DNA of 45,593 nucleotides from Parcubacteria group bacterium GW2011_GWA2_47_21. Lineage in GTDB: Bacteria > Patescibacteriota > Minisyncoccia > Phycocordibacterales > DSPV01. Numbering within the stretch: position 1 is the first letter of the stretch; each line of letters starts with the position of its first letter. Positions 36,153 through 45,592 of the stretch are shown piece after piece. Made by a program: the position numbers and the translations under genes. The DNA lies in the NCBI GenBank assembly GCA_001000545.1, contig LCOC01000001.1, positions 1 through 45,593 of the forward strand, written 5' to 3'. The notes under the pieces were generated by a model, which saw only the letters and a program-made list of their open reading frames with translations, made no database searches and had not been told where the DNA came from.

Positions 36153-36638
36153 TCAGAGCAAGCTAAACAGCAAGAATAGGACAATAAACAGGAAGGCCAG
36201 AAAAACATTGGCGGCGACGCCGGTGGCCGAACCAATCAGAGCGCCCAGCGCCGCCCTGAAAGCGCTCTTTTCGCGGCGATGATTGATGAGTTCTATAAAA
36301 AATACGGCCAGAAAAAGCCCGAGGAAACCGCCGAAGGGCGGCAGGAGGGCGGTGCCAGTCAATAGGCCGGCTAAACCGCCGGCCAACGCCTTCTTTGAGG
36401 CGCCGCCATATTTGGCACCCAAAAGTCCAGCCAAGTGGTCAATTAAAACGGCAAAAGCGACAATGAGGCCTAAAATGCCGAAATTAGCCAGAGTAACGTG
36501 CTGCCAGCCGTCTATGAAACCGAAGACAATGGCCACCACGAACATATAAGGAATAGCCGGCATCAAGGGCGAAAAAACAAAAACCAAGCCCGGCACCATA
36601 AGTAAAGCAAAAACGCCAACAAGAATGTAGTAAGCCAT
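36153..36638 (-). CDS. Membrane protein (DUF456-like)
   Basis: Gly-rich TMs, GAKYGGASK motif. Confidence 0.8.
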   Translation of the reverse strand: MAYYILVGVFALLMVPGLVFVFSPLMPAIPYMFVVAIVFGFIDGWQHVTLANFGILGLIVAFAVLIDHLAGLLGAKYGGASKKALAGGLAGLLTGTALLPPFGGFLGLFLAVFFIELINHRREKSAFRAALGALIGSATGVAANVFLAFLFIVLFLLFSLL

Positions 36639-36758
36639 TCACATATCTTACAACATTACTTCATCAGTCCGCGGACGCGCTGTGGACAAACACTATAACA
36701 AACCGGCAGTCAGCGACTCGTTACGAGCAATCCGACTGCTGGCTTGTCAGGAACCACA

Positions 36759-36830
36759 CGGTATTGACTTAATTTGCGCCGCTCGCTCAGGAAAAAGATG
36801 ACTTTTTCCCCTCGCTCGCTAGGAAATAAA
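36759..36830. repeat. Dispersed repeat family 2, copy A
   Basis: About 72 bp; the reverse complement aligns with 40042-40115; inner hairpin GGAAAAAG-atga-CTTTTTCC. Confidence 0.85.
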
Positions 36831-36831
36831 A

Positions 36832-37401
36832 TTACGGCGTCAGGTCTTTAATGAGCTTGGCGTTTATCATAAACGCGCTGGTGGTACCAACTTGCCCGCG
36901 CAGAATAATCCGGTCGCCGATATGAATGTCGCTTAAAGTGCGACCGGCGGAAATAATTGTCGTGCTGGCATTGGTTAAGACGTTCCAGTTCCCTCCCCAA
37001 CTCTTGACCATTAAGGTGGTGGAGGCGTTTATGCCTTCCACGGTGCCGGAAAGCGAGGCCTGGCCGCGGGCGGAAATATGGATAACCATAGGCGTGGTGC
37101 TTGCCAGCATTATTCTTCGTTTCTGAACTCGCATCTCATCTTCTTCATCATCCCAATCGTCAAAACGAAACTTCTCCTGCAACCGTTCCATTTGCCTCGC
37201 AAATCTTTCTTGCGTCTTTTGTAATTTATTATCCATTTTCTCGCGGAGCTTGACCATCTTGGCTTCTTGTTTGACGCTGGCTGCCAATCTGGCGCCAAAA
37301 CCCATTTTTAATGAATCGGCAGACGCACTGCTAGCCACAACCAATAAGCCAAACACGATAGCTGAAATAATAACGGCCTTCTTGCCAAAAAACTTTTTCA
37401 T
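36832..37401 (-). CDS. Secreted protein with coiled coil and C-terminal beta domain (DUF5666-like)
   Basis: Signal peptide (ASA), charged helix, GTV...LSDIHIGDRI.LRG motif. Confidence 0.7.
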   Translation of the reverse strand: MKKFFGKKAVIISAIVFGLLVVASSASADSLKMGFGARLAASVKQEAKMVKLREKMDNKLQKTQERFARQMERLQEKFRFDDWDDEEDEMRVQKRRIMLASTTPMVIHISARGQASLSGTVEGINASTTLMVKSWGGNWNVLTNASTTIISAGRTLSDIHIGDRIILRGQVGTTSAFMINAKLIKDLTP

Positions 37402-37550
37402 ATTTTTAATTCAAATTAAAAACTTCTAAAAATCCGCTCTGTCACGCTAAATATGACGCTTGCGCCCCGCGCCCCTTACACCAACATGGCTTAATAAAAC
37501 AAAAACAGACGGACGTCAAACATCCATTCATTTACGAAAAAGACAGAAAA

Positions 37551-38831
37551 TTATTTTGTCTGGTCTGGTTCTTTCTGCCGCCAAACCTTAATCAGCCCAA
37601 ACGGCTGTTTGGGGTGGCTTTTATTCCACTTAAGCACGTTGTCGCTGAAATCATGAGAAGCGCCATAAACAAGAGGAATGACCTGTTGATTGTTGGTCGT
37701 TCCGAAATCGCCGAGTATGCGCAAGGCGACATCTTCGCGGATGTCGTAAGTAAGTTTCTTCTCCGACGCTCTTAATTTGGCAATTTCCATCACCGAGCGG
37801 TTAAGCTCCTCTTTAGTCCTAACATCATTCATTTTTTCAATGGCATCGTCTATTAAGTCGTCAATCTTAAACGCCGCTTCGTTTGACGCCCTGGCTTCGG
37901 CCGCTTTGCGATAAATCTTGCCGTCAAGAAATAACTTGTCGGTGGCGCCGTAATAAAAAATCGCGTCTTCATCGGGCCGCGTTTCTGTTCCAATAAACAT
38001 TTCGCGCGCGTCTTTCAAACTTTGTTCAAAGCCCCGTTTTTCCGGCTCATCCAAATCGCCAATCATCTCCGATTGGGACTGAAAATGTTTTTCCAAATCA
38101 CTGAATTTGTTCTGAAACAAGTAATTAAGCTGAGTCATAAACATTTTCAAGTGAGTCAGACCTCTTGAATGCTTGGCATACAAGACGGGCAACGCGTGGT
38201 AGCTGTTTAGGTCGGGCGCAAGTTCGGCCAAGTCCTCTTTAACATTTAAGCGGATTTCGTTGCAAATACTTTCGTCTTCAGTGGTAAAGCCCTCCGAGAA
38301 AACATTGGCGGCGGACGGCTGTTCATTAACGAGCGAGGAAATAAGTTCGGCGATTGATTTTTGGTAATCAATCACGCTCGCGCGTTTAGTCGCATTCGTT
38401 AAATTATGGGGCGTGGCGTGAATTTGGCCGATGTGTAAAATATACTTGCCTATACCGTTATCCAACAATAAAGAGCAGCCAAAACCGGTCCTAGCCGCGA
38501 TTTTGCTTATCTCCAATTTAATCGCCTGTTCCACCTGTTCAATAGAGTTGGTCGGACGATTCTCCCCTAATTCACGGCCCAAATCTTCACTGCGGGCCGA
38601 TTCCGCGAAAAGCGCGGCGCCCGCCAAGAAAGACGACAGGACCTTTTTAACTTTTTGGGAAAGAGACCGCTCGCGATGTTCGGAAGAAAATCTGCGAGTC
38701 CGTTCGTAAATCAATTCTTCGTCAAATAAAACCGAAAGCTTCTCTTGTTCCGGCAAAGCGCCGCGCTCAGCCAAAGATGCCGGCAAATCCAAATTATTAT
38801 CTGGTATGTTCTCAAATCCCGATGATTTCAT
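37551..38831 (-). CDS. Hypothetical protein
   Basis: 426 aa ORF; HIGQIH, FSEG and YGASHDF motifs hint at a metal-binding TraB/Tiki-like fold (inference). Confidence 0.7.
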   Translation of the reverse strand: MKSSGFENIPDNNLDLPASLAERGALPEQEKLSVLFDEELIYERTRRFSSEHRERSLSQKVKKVLSSFLAGAALFAESARSEDLGRELGENRPTNSIEQVEQAIKLEISKIAARTGFGCSLLLDNGIGKYILHIGQIHATPHNLTNATKRASVIDYQKSIAELISSLVNEQPSAANVFSEGFTTEDESICNEIRLNVKEDLAELAPDLNSYHALPVLYAKHSRGLTHLKMFMTQLNYLFQNKFSDLEKHFQSQSEMIGDLDEPEKRGFEQSLKDAREMFIGTETRPDEDAIFYYGATDKLFLDGKIYRKAAEARASNEAAFKIDDLIDDAIEKMNDVRTKEELNRSVMEIAKLRASEKKLTYDIREDVALRILGDFGTTNNQQVIPLVYGASHDFSDNVLKWNKSHPKQPFGLIKVWRQKEPDQTK

Positions 38832-38918
38832 TCATTAAGTTTAACTTAAATCCAATTATTTTGAAAAGAAAAACCCCCAGCCAAATCATTCGGTTGGGGG
38901 GAAAGAGCGAGCGGCCAG

Positions 38919-39639
38919 TCAGTATTGCCTTGATTCCTTGGCAATAATCTCTTTTCTGGTGGCAGCTTCACCGATTAAGCGAAGCGCCTCGGCAGACAGC
39001 CCTTTTTGCTGGCTGGTCAATCCCTGAAACACCTCGCCTTCCAAGACAAATTTCTCTCCCGCTTTAAGGACTGGGAAAAACGAGCCGAGGATTTTATGTC
39101 TCCCGACGAAAACCTGCTCTCCCTTTTTGGGCAACGCGCCCTTCCAATTCTCCCGCCTCACTACCACAAAACGGTCTTTGTCCTTAAAGACAAGATGCTC
39201 CGTCCCAAAGCCAAACTCCCAGCTGCGGCTGGTCCGCGAGAGAACCACGAACTCGTAGGCCTCCGTATCCATGTAAATCTCGTCTGTGAGATAAAGACAG
39301 CGCTTCAAGGCGTCTTCGGCAAATTTTCTCCATGTCTCGGCTGAAGAAAAGGAATTCTCCGTACTCGTGGCCGGAAAGACATTAAGTGTGCGGCTTGCCA
39401 TCTCCACTCACAATAGATAAGTTCAAACTGGTAATACTGCCGTTGCGGTCATATTCCGCGCTGAGAGTGGCATCCTGCCAGTAGATTAGCATGCCACTGA
39501 CCCACTTCTGCTCCTCGTTCTCATAGAGCTTGGACGGTTCAAACCCCCAAGCTCCTTTCGGAATTTCCTGGCCGAAAACAGAGACGGAGGGAGTTAAAAC
39601 GAGAAAAATAAAACCGACGCTGACAATGAGCTTCTTCAT
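38919..39639 (-). pseudogene. Secreted hypothetical protein split into two overlapping frames (39382-39639 and 38919-39407)
   Basis: The signal-peptide ORF ends 26 nt inside the next ORF; a single-base change would fuse them. Two separate genes are also possible. Confidence 0.4.
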
Positions 39640-40041
39640 GGGAACCTTTCTCAATATGTTTTTTGCCCTCAAATGGAACACACTTCCGATTGGCGGCAAA
39701 ACCAAAAACGATATTTCGGGCGATTTAACAGGGTGTCAACTCGTCAACATATTTACAAGTAGGATATTACGAAATATTACAGAAGTCAAGCTGGTTGGGG
39801 TGGTCCTGCAACAATTAATGTGGCGAATTTTTACTCTTGAAGAGTCCGCGGCGCGGCTTTTTTAATTGATTAAGATTTACGATTTTACGATTGCGGAAAG
39901 ATGAGGGCGTGCGATACGCCGGCCGGCCTTCCCTATTCCCCACTTTGGCGTAGTTTTTCATTGGAAAAATATACCAAAATACGAATGATACTAATCTACA
40001 AATAGCTACGAATCCGATACCTTGTGATGTCATTCACAATC

Positions 40042-40194
40042 TTTATTTCCTAGCGAGCGAGGGGGAAAAGATGACTTTTTTCCCGAGCGAGTGACGAAAA
40101 TATAGGTCAATACCGCGAGGTCTTTGCCACGCTAATTGACGAGCGAAGCGAGACCTCTCCCCGCGGTCTCTGCCGCGGGGACCTATATTTTTCG
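40042..40194. repeat. Dispersed repeat family 2, copy B plus an extended nested hairpin
   Basis: 40042-40115 matches copy A inverted; AAAATATAGGTC/GACCTATATTTT encloses GAGGTCT/AGACCTC and CCCCGCGG/CCGCGGGG stems. Confidence 0.85.
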
Positions 40195-40220
40195 CGTTAG
40201 AAACTAAATCCTATTAAAAT

Positions 40221-40763
40221 TCATTCGGCAACGACAAATTGTTTGATTAGCGCCGCTAATCCGCCGATATTGGAATAATCATGGTCATTGCCAAGTAATT
40301 CATGAAGTTGCCAGTTGACCGCTTTCGTCTCAATTAAGAAATGACGAAGTTCCTTGGAGCCCATCACCGAGTCATGAGTGTTCTGAATGAAAAACGCCGG
40401 CGGCTTAAATTTATCAAACCAAGTCCAAACGGGACAACCGATCTCCTCGCCCCAAGGAATCGCCGAACCGATGAAGACGCACTTCTCCGGCATCAGCCGA
40501 CCTTGAAAGATGCCTCTGGTGGCAATCAAAACCCCCGCGGATTTTGCGATGATAGCGTAAGGACTTTCCACAATTATTTTTTCTTCATCGCCCAAAAACA
40601 GCCGGCCAAGTTCTTTGCCAATATCCACAATCGGCGCGCCGGAAAGCCAATGTTCGTATGAGACCGCGTGAATCGTTTTGAACACAGGAAGGAGCGTTTC
40701 CCGAAGCGCCATTACCCACCTCTGGTTTGAAATACTGTTGCCGGGCAAAATTATCGCGTTCAT
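40221..40763 (-). CDS. Alpha/beta hydrolase (YdeN/RBBP9-like)
   Basis: ILPGNS, nucleophile elbow AKSAG, D and H in triad-like positions. Confidence 0.75.
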   Translation of the reverse strand: MNAIILPGNSISNQRWVMALRETLLPVFKTIHAVSYEHWLSGAPIVDIGKELGRLFLGDEEKIIVESPYAIIAKSAGVLIATRGIFQGRLMPEKCVFIGSAIPWGEEIGCPVWTWFDKFKPPAFFIQNTHDSVMGSKELRHFLIETKAVNWQLHELLGNDHDYSNIGGLAALIKQFVVAE

Positions 40764-40880
40764 AAACTCGCGAACCCACCCTAACCGATGAATAGGCCTG
40801 TATTGTAACTCCGAAAAGGGCGCAACGCAAAACCCTCATACACATACAATGAATTAATGAAAAAAGTCGTCCTCGAATAG

Positions 40881-40927
40881 CTGTAGAAATCAGATGTCTA
40901 CATTCTGTAGACATCTGATTTCTACAG
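40881..40927. repeat. Perfect 22-bp inverted repeat with 3-nt loop
   Basis: CTGTAGAAATCAGATGTCTACA-ttc-TGTAGACATCTGATTTCTACAG. Confidence 0.9.
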
Positions 40928-41057
40928 AATGGCTTTGGCAGAATCAGTGCAATTTTTTGACTAAACAATAAACTTAAGTTAGTTTAAATACTTCTGTGCG
41001 CCCGCAATGGTTCATTTTTAAAAGTCATTCCTCAATTCGTTTACTCGACTCCTTTGT

Positions 41058-42353
41058 ATGAAAAAAGTCACTTTCACGCCGCGGAAAAATTCTGTTTTAG
41101 AAGAGTCGCTTATCGCCCTAAAGGTCGGTTTCTTTCTCGCTATCCGGCAAATAAAGGGCTCCGGCAAGTGGACTAACGCGCTGGTCGTAGCGGTCATGGT
41201 TTTAACTTTCCTAAACCTCGTCGTGGTCAGCGGTATTTTGGTGGGACTCATTGAAGGCGCGGGCAGAGCGGTTCAAGGCCACTACCTCGGGGATATTTTC
41301 ATTTCCGCTCTTGACCGCCGAAGCTTTATTGAAAGAACTCCGATTGTGCTGTCCGCCATAAAAAATCAACCAGAGGTTTCCGCTTTTTCTCCGAGGTATA
41401 TCATAGGAGGCGTGATAGATGAAAATTTCCAAACACTCGCGAAGCCAGGCGAAAATCGCAAAACCGTAAGCACTTCTTTCGCGGGCATTAATCCGAAGAT
41501 GGAAAATGAAACAAGCGGCTTGGAGAAAAAAATTGTTGAGGGCGAATATCTCGAGGAAAATGATTACGGCGAGGTGCTTCTCGGCGCTTTGCTTCTGAAA
41601 AAATATTTGGACTTTGAATCGCCGAGCTTTCCCATCCTCTCCCATACCACCGTCGGCAGTAAAATCCGCGTAACTGTAAACGGCATCCAAAAGGATGTGA
41701 CGGTCAAAGGCATAGTAAGAAGCAAGGTGGATGAAATAGACCGCCGGGTTTTTATGACTGACTTGGAACTTCGCGCGTTGGCCGGCCGTTACGATTACAA
41801 TGTCGGAGAAATAGCCGTCAAAATATCGCCTGATGTAAGCCCTTTGGACTTAAAGAACCGCCTGATTGGCTTAGGGATTGGGCAATATGGGAGAGTGCAA
41901 ACTGCGGAAGACGCCGAGCCGAAATTCATAAAAGATATAAAAAAGACCTTCGCGATTTTGGGCAATGTCATAAGCTCAATCGGATTGGTCGTGGCGACCA
42001 TCACAATATTTATAGTGATTTTTATCAACGCCATCACCAGAAGGAAATACATCGGCATTCTAAAAGGCATCGGAGTAAACGCCCAAGCCATTGAGGCGGC
42101 TTATGTTTTCCAGGCGATTTTCTACGCGATTCTGGGCGCCACTTTGGGAGTGGCTTTGGTATTTTTTGTTTTGAAACCCTATCTTGACGCCCACCCGATA
42201 AATTTCCCTTTTAGCGATGGCATCTTGGTGGCGACGCCTATGGGCATTTCCATAAGAGTCCTGATTCTTTTGGCAGCGACGACCCTCGCCGGCTACGTGC
42301 CAGCCAGAATCGTAACCAAACAAAACACATTGGACGCGATTTTAAACAGGTAA
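41058..42353 (+). CDS. ABC transporter permease (LolE/FtsX/MacB-like)
   Basis: TM1, large extracytoplasmic domain, three C-terminal TMs, IGILKGIG motif. Confidence 0.9.
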   Translation: MKKVTFTPRKNSVLEESLIALKVGFFLAIRQIKGSGKWTNALVVAVMVLTFLNLVVVSGILVGLIEGAGRAVQGHYLGDIFISALDRRSFIERTPIVLSAIKNQPEVSAFSPRYIIGGVIDENFQTLAKPGENRKTVSTSFAGINPKMENETSGLEKKIVEGEYLEENDYGEVLLGALLLKKYLDFESPSFPILSHTTVGSKIRVTVNGIQKDVTVKGIVRSKVDEIDRRVFMTDLELRALAGRYDYNVGEIAVKISPDVSPLDLKNRLIGLGIGQYGRVQTAEDAEPKFIKDIKKTFAILGNVISSIGLVVATITIFIVIFINAITRRKYIGILKGIGVNAQAIEAAYVFQAIFYAILGATLGVALVFFVLKPYLDAHPINFPFSDGILVATPMGISIRVLILLAATTLAGYVPARIVTKQNTLDAILNR

Positions 42354-42363
42354 ACTTCATAAA

Positions 42364-43038
42364 ATGATTAAAGCTGAAAATTTGGTCAAAAAATATAAAT
42401 CGGGCGGTGGCGACCTACTGGTTTTGAAAGGTATTGACTTTTCCGTGGCCGACGGCGAATTTATTTCCGTCATCGGCCGTTCCGGTTCCGGCAAGTCAAC
42501 GCTGTTATATCAGCTCGGCCTCCTAGACCGCCCCACCGAAGGGCGAATCATTATCGGCGATATTGACGCCAATAATCTCCGCGAAGAAGAGAGAACTTCG
42601 CTTCGGCTCCGCGAGCTTGGTTATGTTTTTCAGGATTACGCTTTGGTGCCGGAACTCACGGGTTTGGAAAACGTAATGATTCCCCTTCTTATGCAGGGGC
42701 TGTCTAAGGCCAAGGCCAGAGAGCGGGCGGCTGACACGCTTCAAGAAGTCGGTTTGGGAGAACGCTTGAATAATACTCCAAGTAAGCTCTCCGGCGGTGA
42801 ACAGCAGCGGGTCTCAATCGCGCGCGCCATCGCTCATAACCCGAAAATTCTTTTTGCCGACGAACCGACCGCCAATTTAGACAATGAGACATCGCTCGGG
42901 ATTATCAAACTCTTCCAAAAACTTCACGCCGTCGGCCAGACCATCATTATGGTCACCCATGAACCGGAATACGCCAAGCTGACTGATAGAATCGTAACGC
43001 TCTTTGACGGACAAATTATCGCCGACCAGAAACCGTGA
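42364..43038 (+). CDS. ABC transporter ATP-binding protein (LolD/FtsE-like)
   Basis: [30 protein letters not shown]. Confidence 0.95.
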   Translation: MIKAENLVKKYKSGGGDLLVLKGIDFSVADGEFISVIGRSGSGKSTLLYQLGLLDRPTEGRIIIGDIDANNLREEERTSLRLRELGYVFQDYALVPELTGLENVMIPLLMQGLSKAKARERAADTLQEVGLGERLNNTPSKLSGGEQQRVSIARAIAHNPKILFADEPTANLDNETSLGIIKLFQKLHAVGQTIIMVTHEPEYAKLTDRIVTLFDGQIIADQKP

Positions 43039-43269
43039 GCAACAATACCGGCTCTTGTGGCAGATGGCGGACTTTTGTGACGGCAGCAGGCAGGGGGCGG
43101 GGCATTTGCCTAGCGGCAAACGCCCCGTTCTTTGCTGGAGCGGTGTCGGGCTATCGCCCGACACATGTCTTATTGTCCATTCATCCCCACCGCAAGCGGT
43201 GGGACCTTCTTCAGTAACCTAAGCCCCAGATTGGGGATTTATAGTTAGTCCCAAGCATTAGGCGAAGTT

Positions 43270-43761
43270 ATGAGAATTCAATACGAAGGCGACGGGCACA
43301 TCGTAATTTATTGTCCCCAGCCGGAACTCCATCTGCCGTATTTCCCCAATGAGACCATCGCAAAATGCGAACAGGATGTGAAAAGAATCTTGGGGGTCTT
43401 GCCTTATAAAGCGGCGGCTCATTTGAAAAAATGCCTCCTACTGGGGCGGATAAACGGCGTGTTCAAGAGAACGGACTTGTTTGCGATTCTCTCGGAAGCG
43501 CTAATGGTGGAACGCGAAGCGCTCCTTCAATCATTGGGAGACAAACCGATTTATGACGCGCCGCGAAAGAAGATGCTTGATTATCTTCAAATAACGGACC
43601 AAGAACCGGCGTCTCCCGCCAGATATTGGTTTATGCAAATCGGTCCGTTGCCTATCATAGACGGCGCGCCGGCTAGGAATTTTTTCGCGGAAATGGCGCT
43701 CAAGTGGTGCGACGAGGCGCTTGCCAAAAAAGCCCACGAGACAATCACTCCGGTTATTTGA
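43270..43761 (+). CDS. Hypothetical protein
   Basis: 163 aa ORF followed by a terminator. Confidence 0.6.
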   Translation: MRIQYEGDGHIVIYCPQPELHLPYFPNETIAKCEQDVKRILGVLPYKAAAHLKKCLLLGRINGVFKRTDLFAILSEALMVEREALLQSLGDKPIYDAPRKKMLDYLQITDQEPASPARYWFMQIGPLPIIDGAPARNFFAEMALKWCDEALAKKAHETITPVI

Positions 43762-43780
43762 CGCGAGGACAGAAAACTTT

Positions 43781-43806
43781 AAGCCGCTTCCCAAAAGCGG
43801 CTTTTT
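43781..43806. terminator. Intrinsic terminator between convergent genes
   Basis: AAGCCGCTT-cccaa-AAGCGGCTTTT. Confidence 0.7.
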
Positions 43807-43818
43807 AATTTTCTATTT

Positions 43819-44388
43819 TCAACCCTTCAGGGGAATAAGTTTCTTTCTAAGCAAAAAAGTCGCCCCGAGCGCCAAACCAAGAAGTAGAAAATAAGCCATC
43901 ATAAATTCCGCGAAGGTAATCGGCACTTTGCCAAAGGTCCCAAGGACAAGAGCAAAGAGCCATGACACGCCCGAGATTGCCCCGCTAGCAATCATTAAAG
44001 GAACATACTTTATGACTTCGGGTAATTCGCTTAAAAACCGGTCAACGCTCTTTTCTAATTTTTTGATATGGAAGAAATGGAACACTAAACCGTTCAAAAA
44101 AATCACGGCTACAATAAACATCTTGGCGGCGAATTTATCGGATGCCAGATAGCGCGCCTCATTCTCAAAAAACAAGAAGACCCCCGAAATAACCAGAATG
44201 AGCAGTCCGAGCCAAACCACCAAACTGCTTAGTTTGATGAATTTCAATTCGGTCGCCGAGATTTTTCCGTCGCGCGCGCTCGCCAGAAAAATCAAGTCGC
44301 CTAAAAATGCCCCGCCGACACCTAAAGCGGTGCCGATGATGTGGCCGATGATGTAAAGCGTATGATAATCAATAAAACCTAAAATCAT
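43819..44388 (-). CDS. Polytopic membrane protein, hypothetical
   Basis: About five TM helices; H at the N-terminal helix and K...V...NG motif (DUF2214/CopD-like, inference). Confidence 0.75.
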   Translation of the reverse strand: MILGFIDYHTLYIIGHIIGTALGVGGAFLGDLIFLASARDGKISATELKFIKLSSLVVWLGLLILVISGVFLFFENEARYLASDKFAAKMFIVAVIFLNGLVFHFFHIKKLEKSVDRFLSELPEVIKYVPLMIASGAISGVSWLFALVLGTFGKVPITFAEFMMAYFLLLGLALGATFLLRKKLIPLKG

Positions 44389-44470
44389 TGGGGTAGTCAG
44401 TTTAAAAACTCTAAATTACCCCTTAAAGATAACAAATTTTTCTCCTAGAGCAACCACACTTTTCAACATC

Positions 44471-44500
44471 TTGACAAAAGCCCACTCACTGTGTTAAGAT
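44471..44500 (+). promoter_or_regulatory. Sigma70 promoter
   Basis: TTGACA-N18-TAAGAT with extended TG. Confidence 0.6.
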
Positions 44501-44568
44501 TTCAGCGGCTGATACAATTAAGACCGGAAAACTGACAAAATAAAAAAAGACAGAAAAAGAGGGGAAAT

Positions 44569-44883
44569 ATGAGAAACTTCCTTGACTTCATGCTACTCGT
44601 TCTCGGTCTCAAAGCGCGCGCAGACATCCGTAATGGTGCCGAAAAGAAGGAGCTCGTGAACCCGCCGTCTCCGCCGCCAGCGCCGGAAGAGCCAGTCATT
44701 ATTAAGGTTCGGCAAAACATCGCCTGCCCCATCGGTAACAACGGCCACAGCAAGAAAGCCGAGTTTCTTTCAAGAAGGGGTAACCGGCGAGTGGCAACAA
44801 TTGTCGCCCGAAACGGCCAACAAGCTACTCTCTCCTACCGCGGCGGCTCGCCATTCGTCCGCACGCTCGTCCCAGTGGCCTAG
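44569..44883 (+). CDS. Small hypothetical protein
   Basis: Promoter, purine-rich RBS (AGAGGGGA), downstream terminator; Pro-rich linker and basic C-terminus. Confidence 0.65.
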   Translation: MRNFLDFMLLVLGLKARADIRNGAEKKELVNPPSPPPAPEEPVIIKVRQNIACPIGNNGHSKKAEFLSRRGNRRVATIVARNGQQATLSYRGGSPFVRTLVPVA

Positions 44884-44907
44884 GAGAAGCCACTAAAGAA
44901 ATCACAC

Positions 44908-44942
44908 AAACACCGAACGCTCTATGCGTTGGGTGTTTTTTT
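44908..44942. terminator. Intrinsic terminator
   Basis: AAACACC.AACGC-tctat-GCGTT.GGTGTTT followed by a T tract. Confidence 0.7.
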
Positions 44943-44983
44943 AACTCATGCGGAACACATACGGAATTATGCAGAAAGAGATG

Positions 44984-45592
44984 CTACAACTCTTTTATTG
45001 AATAATCATCAAACTCCACATCCATAAAATCTGTTCGGATGCCGGCGTAACCCTCGTTTAAGAGCGCCGCTCCGCCGTAGCTTTTACCGTCATCCGTTGC
45101 TTCCGCCGCCAAAACCCAATTGCCAGTTTTATCCTTGTCAATAAAAAGTTTAATGCCGACCGTATTGTCGGGATTTGTTTTCACTTCGCTTCGCAAGCCG
45201 ACCCATTGCTGGCTTGGAATCAGATTTGGATTGGTGGCGCGATTGTAAGGCGTAGCGACATTATAAAAAGGTTTATAGGACAGTGTGTAATAAGCGCCGT
45301 TAATTTTCTTTTTTATCACCGCCGCGCCGTCAACACGAATGCCGGTGTAATATAAATTGTCGCCGGTCTGATAACGATTGAAAAGTAGAAGTCCATTTGA
45401 AGCGTTGCGATTCGGGCTGACGCTTAGGTTGAGTTTGTTTACTTTAAAATAAACTTCCTGGGTAAGATTTCTCCATTTATTGGTCTGTACCAACCGAAAA
45501 ATATTTTGAGGGTGCAAACCGTTATCCGTATCAACAGGATTGCTTCTTAAATACTCCGCGTACCACTTGTCGGAAATGCTTAAATCGCCTTG
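44984..45592 (-). CDS. Hypothetical beta-rich protein (lectin/ConA-like fold suspected), 5' end outside the window
   Basis: Frame is open to the window edge; C-terminal GYAGIRTDFMDVEFDDY beta-sandwich-like motif. Confidence 0.7.
   Translation of the reverse strand, partial: QGDLSISDKWYAEYLRSNPVDTDNGLHPQNIFRLVQTNKWRNLTQEVYFKVNKLNLSVSPNRNASNGLLLFNRYQTGDNLYYTGIRVDGAAVIKKKINGAYYTLSYKPFYNVATPYNRATNPNLIPSQQWVGLRSEVKTNPDNTVGIKLFIDKDKTGNWVLAAEATDDGKSYGGAALLNEGYAGIRTDFMDVEFDDYSIKEL

Noticed and set aside
39815-40033. 72-aa minus-strand ORF
   Set aside because: It runs through degenerate TACGAAT-type repeats and is likely non-coding.
40893-40915. TCTAC-loop-GTAGA stem resembling a Cas12a CRISPR repeat
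   Set aside because: There is no repeat-spacer array and no cas gene; it is part of a larger perfect palindrome.
43004-43222. Short ORFs after the ABC ATPase
   Set aside because: They overlap a GC hairpin region and have no recognisable protein features, so support is insufficient.
115-44753. Numerous 60-165 aa antisense or alternate-frame ORFs overlapping identified genes
   Set aside because: These are shadow ORFs with no recognisable motifs or independent expression signals.
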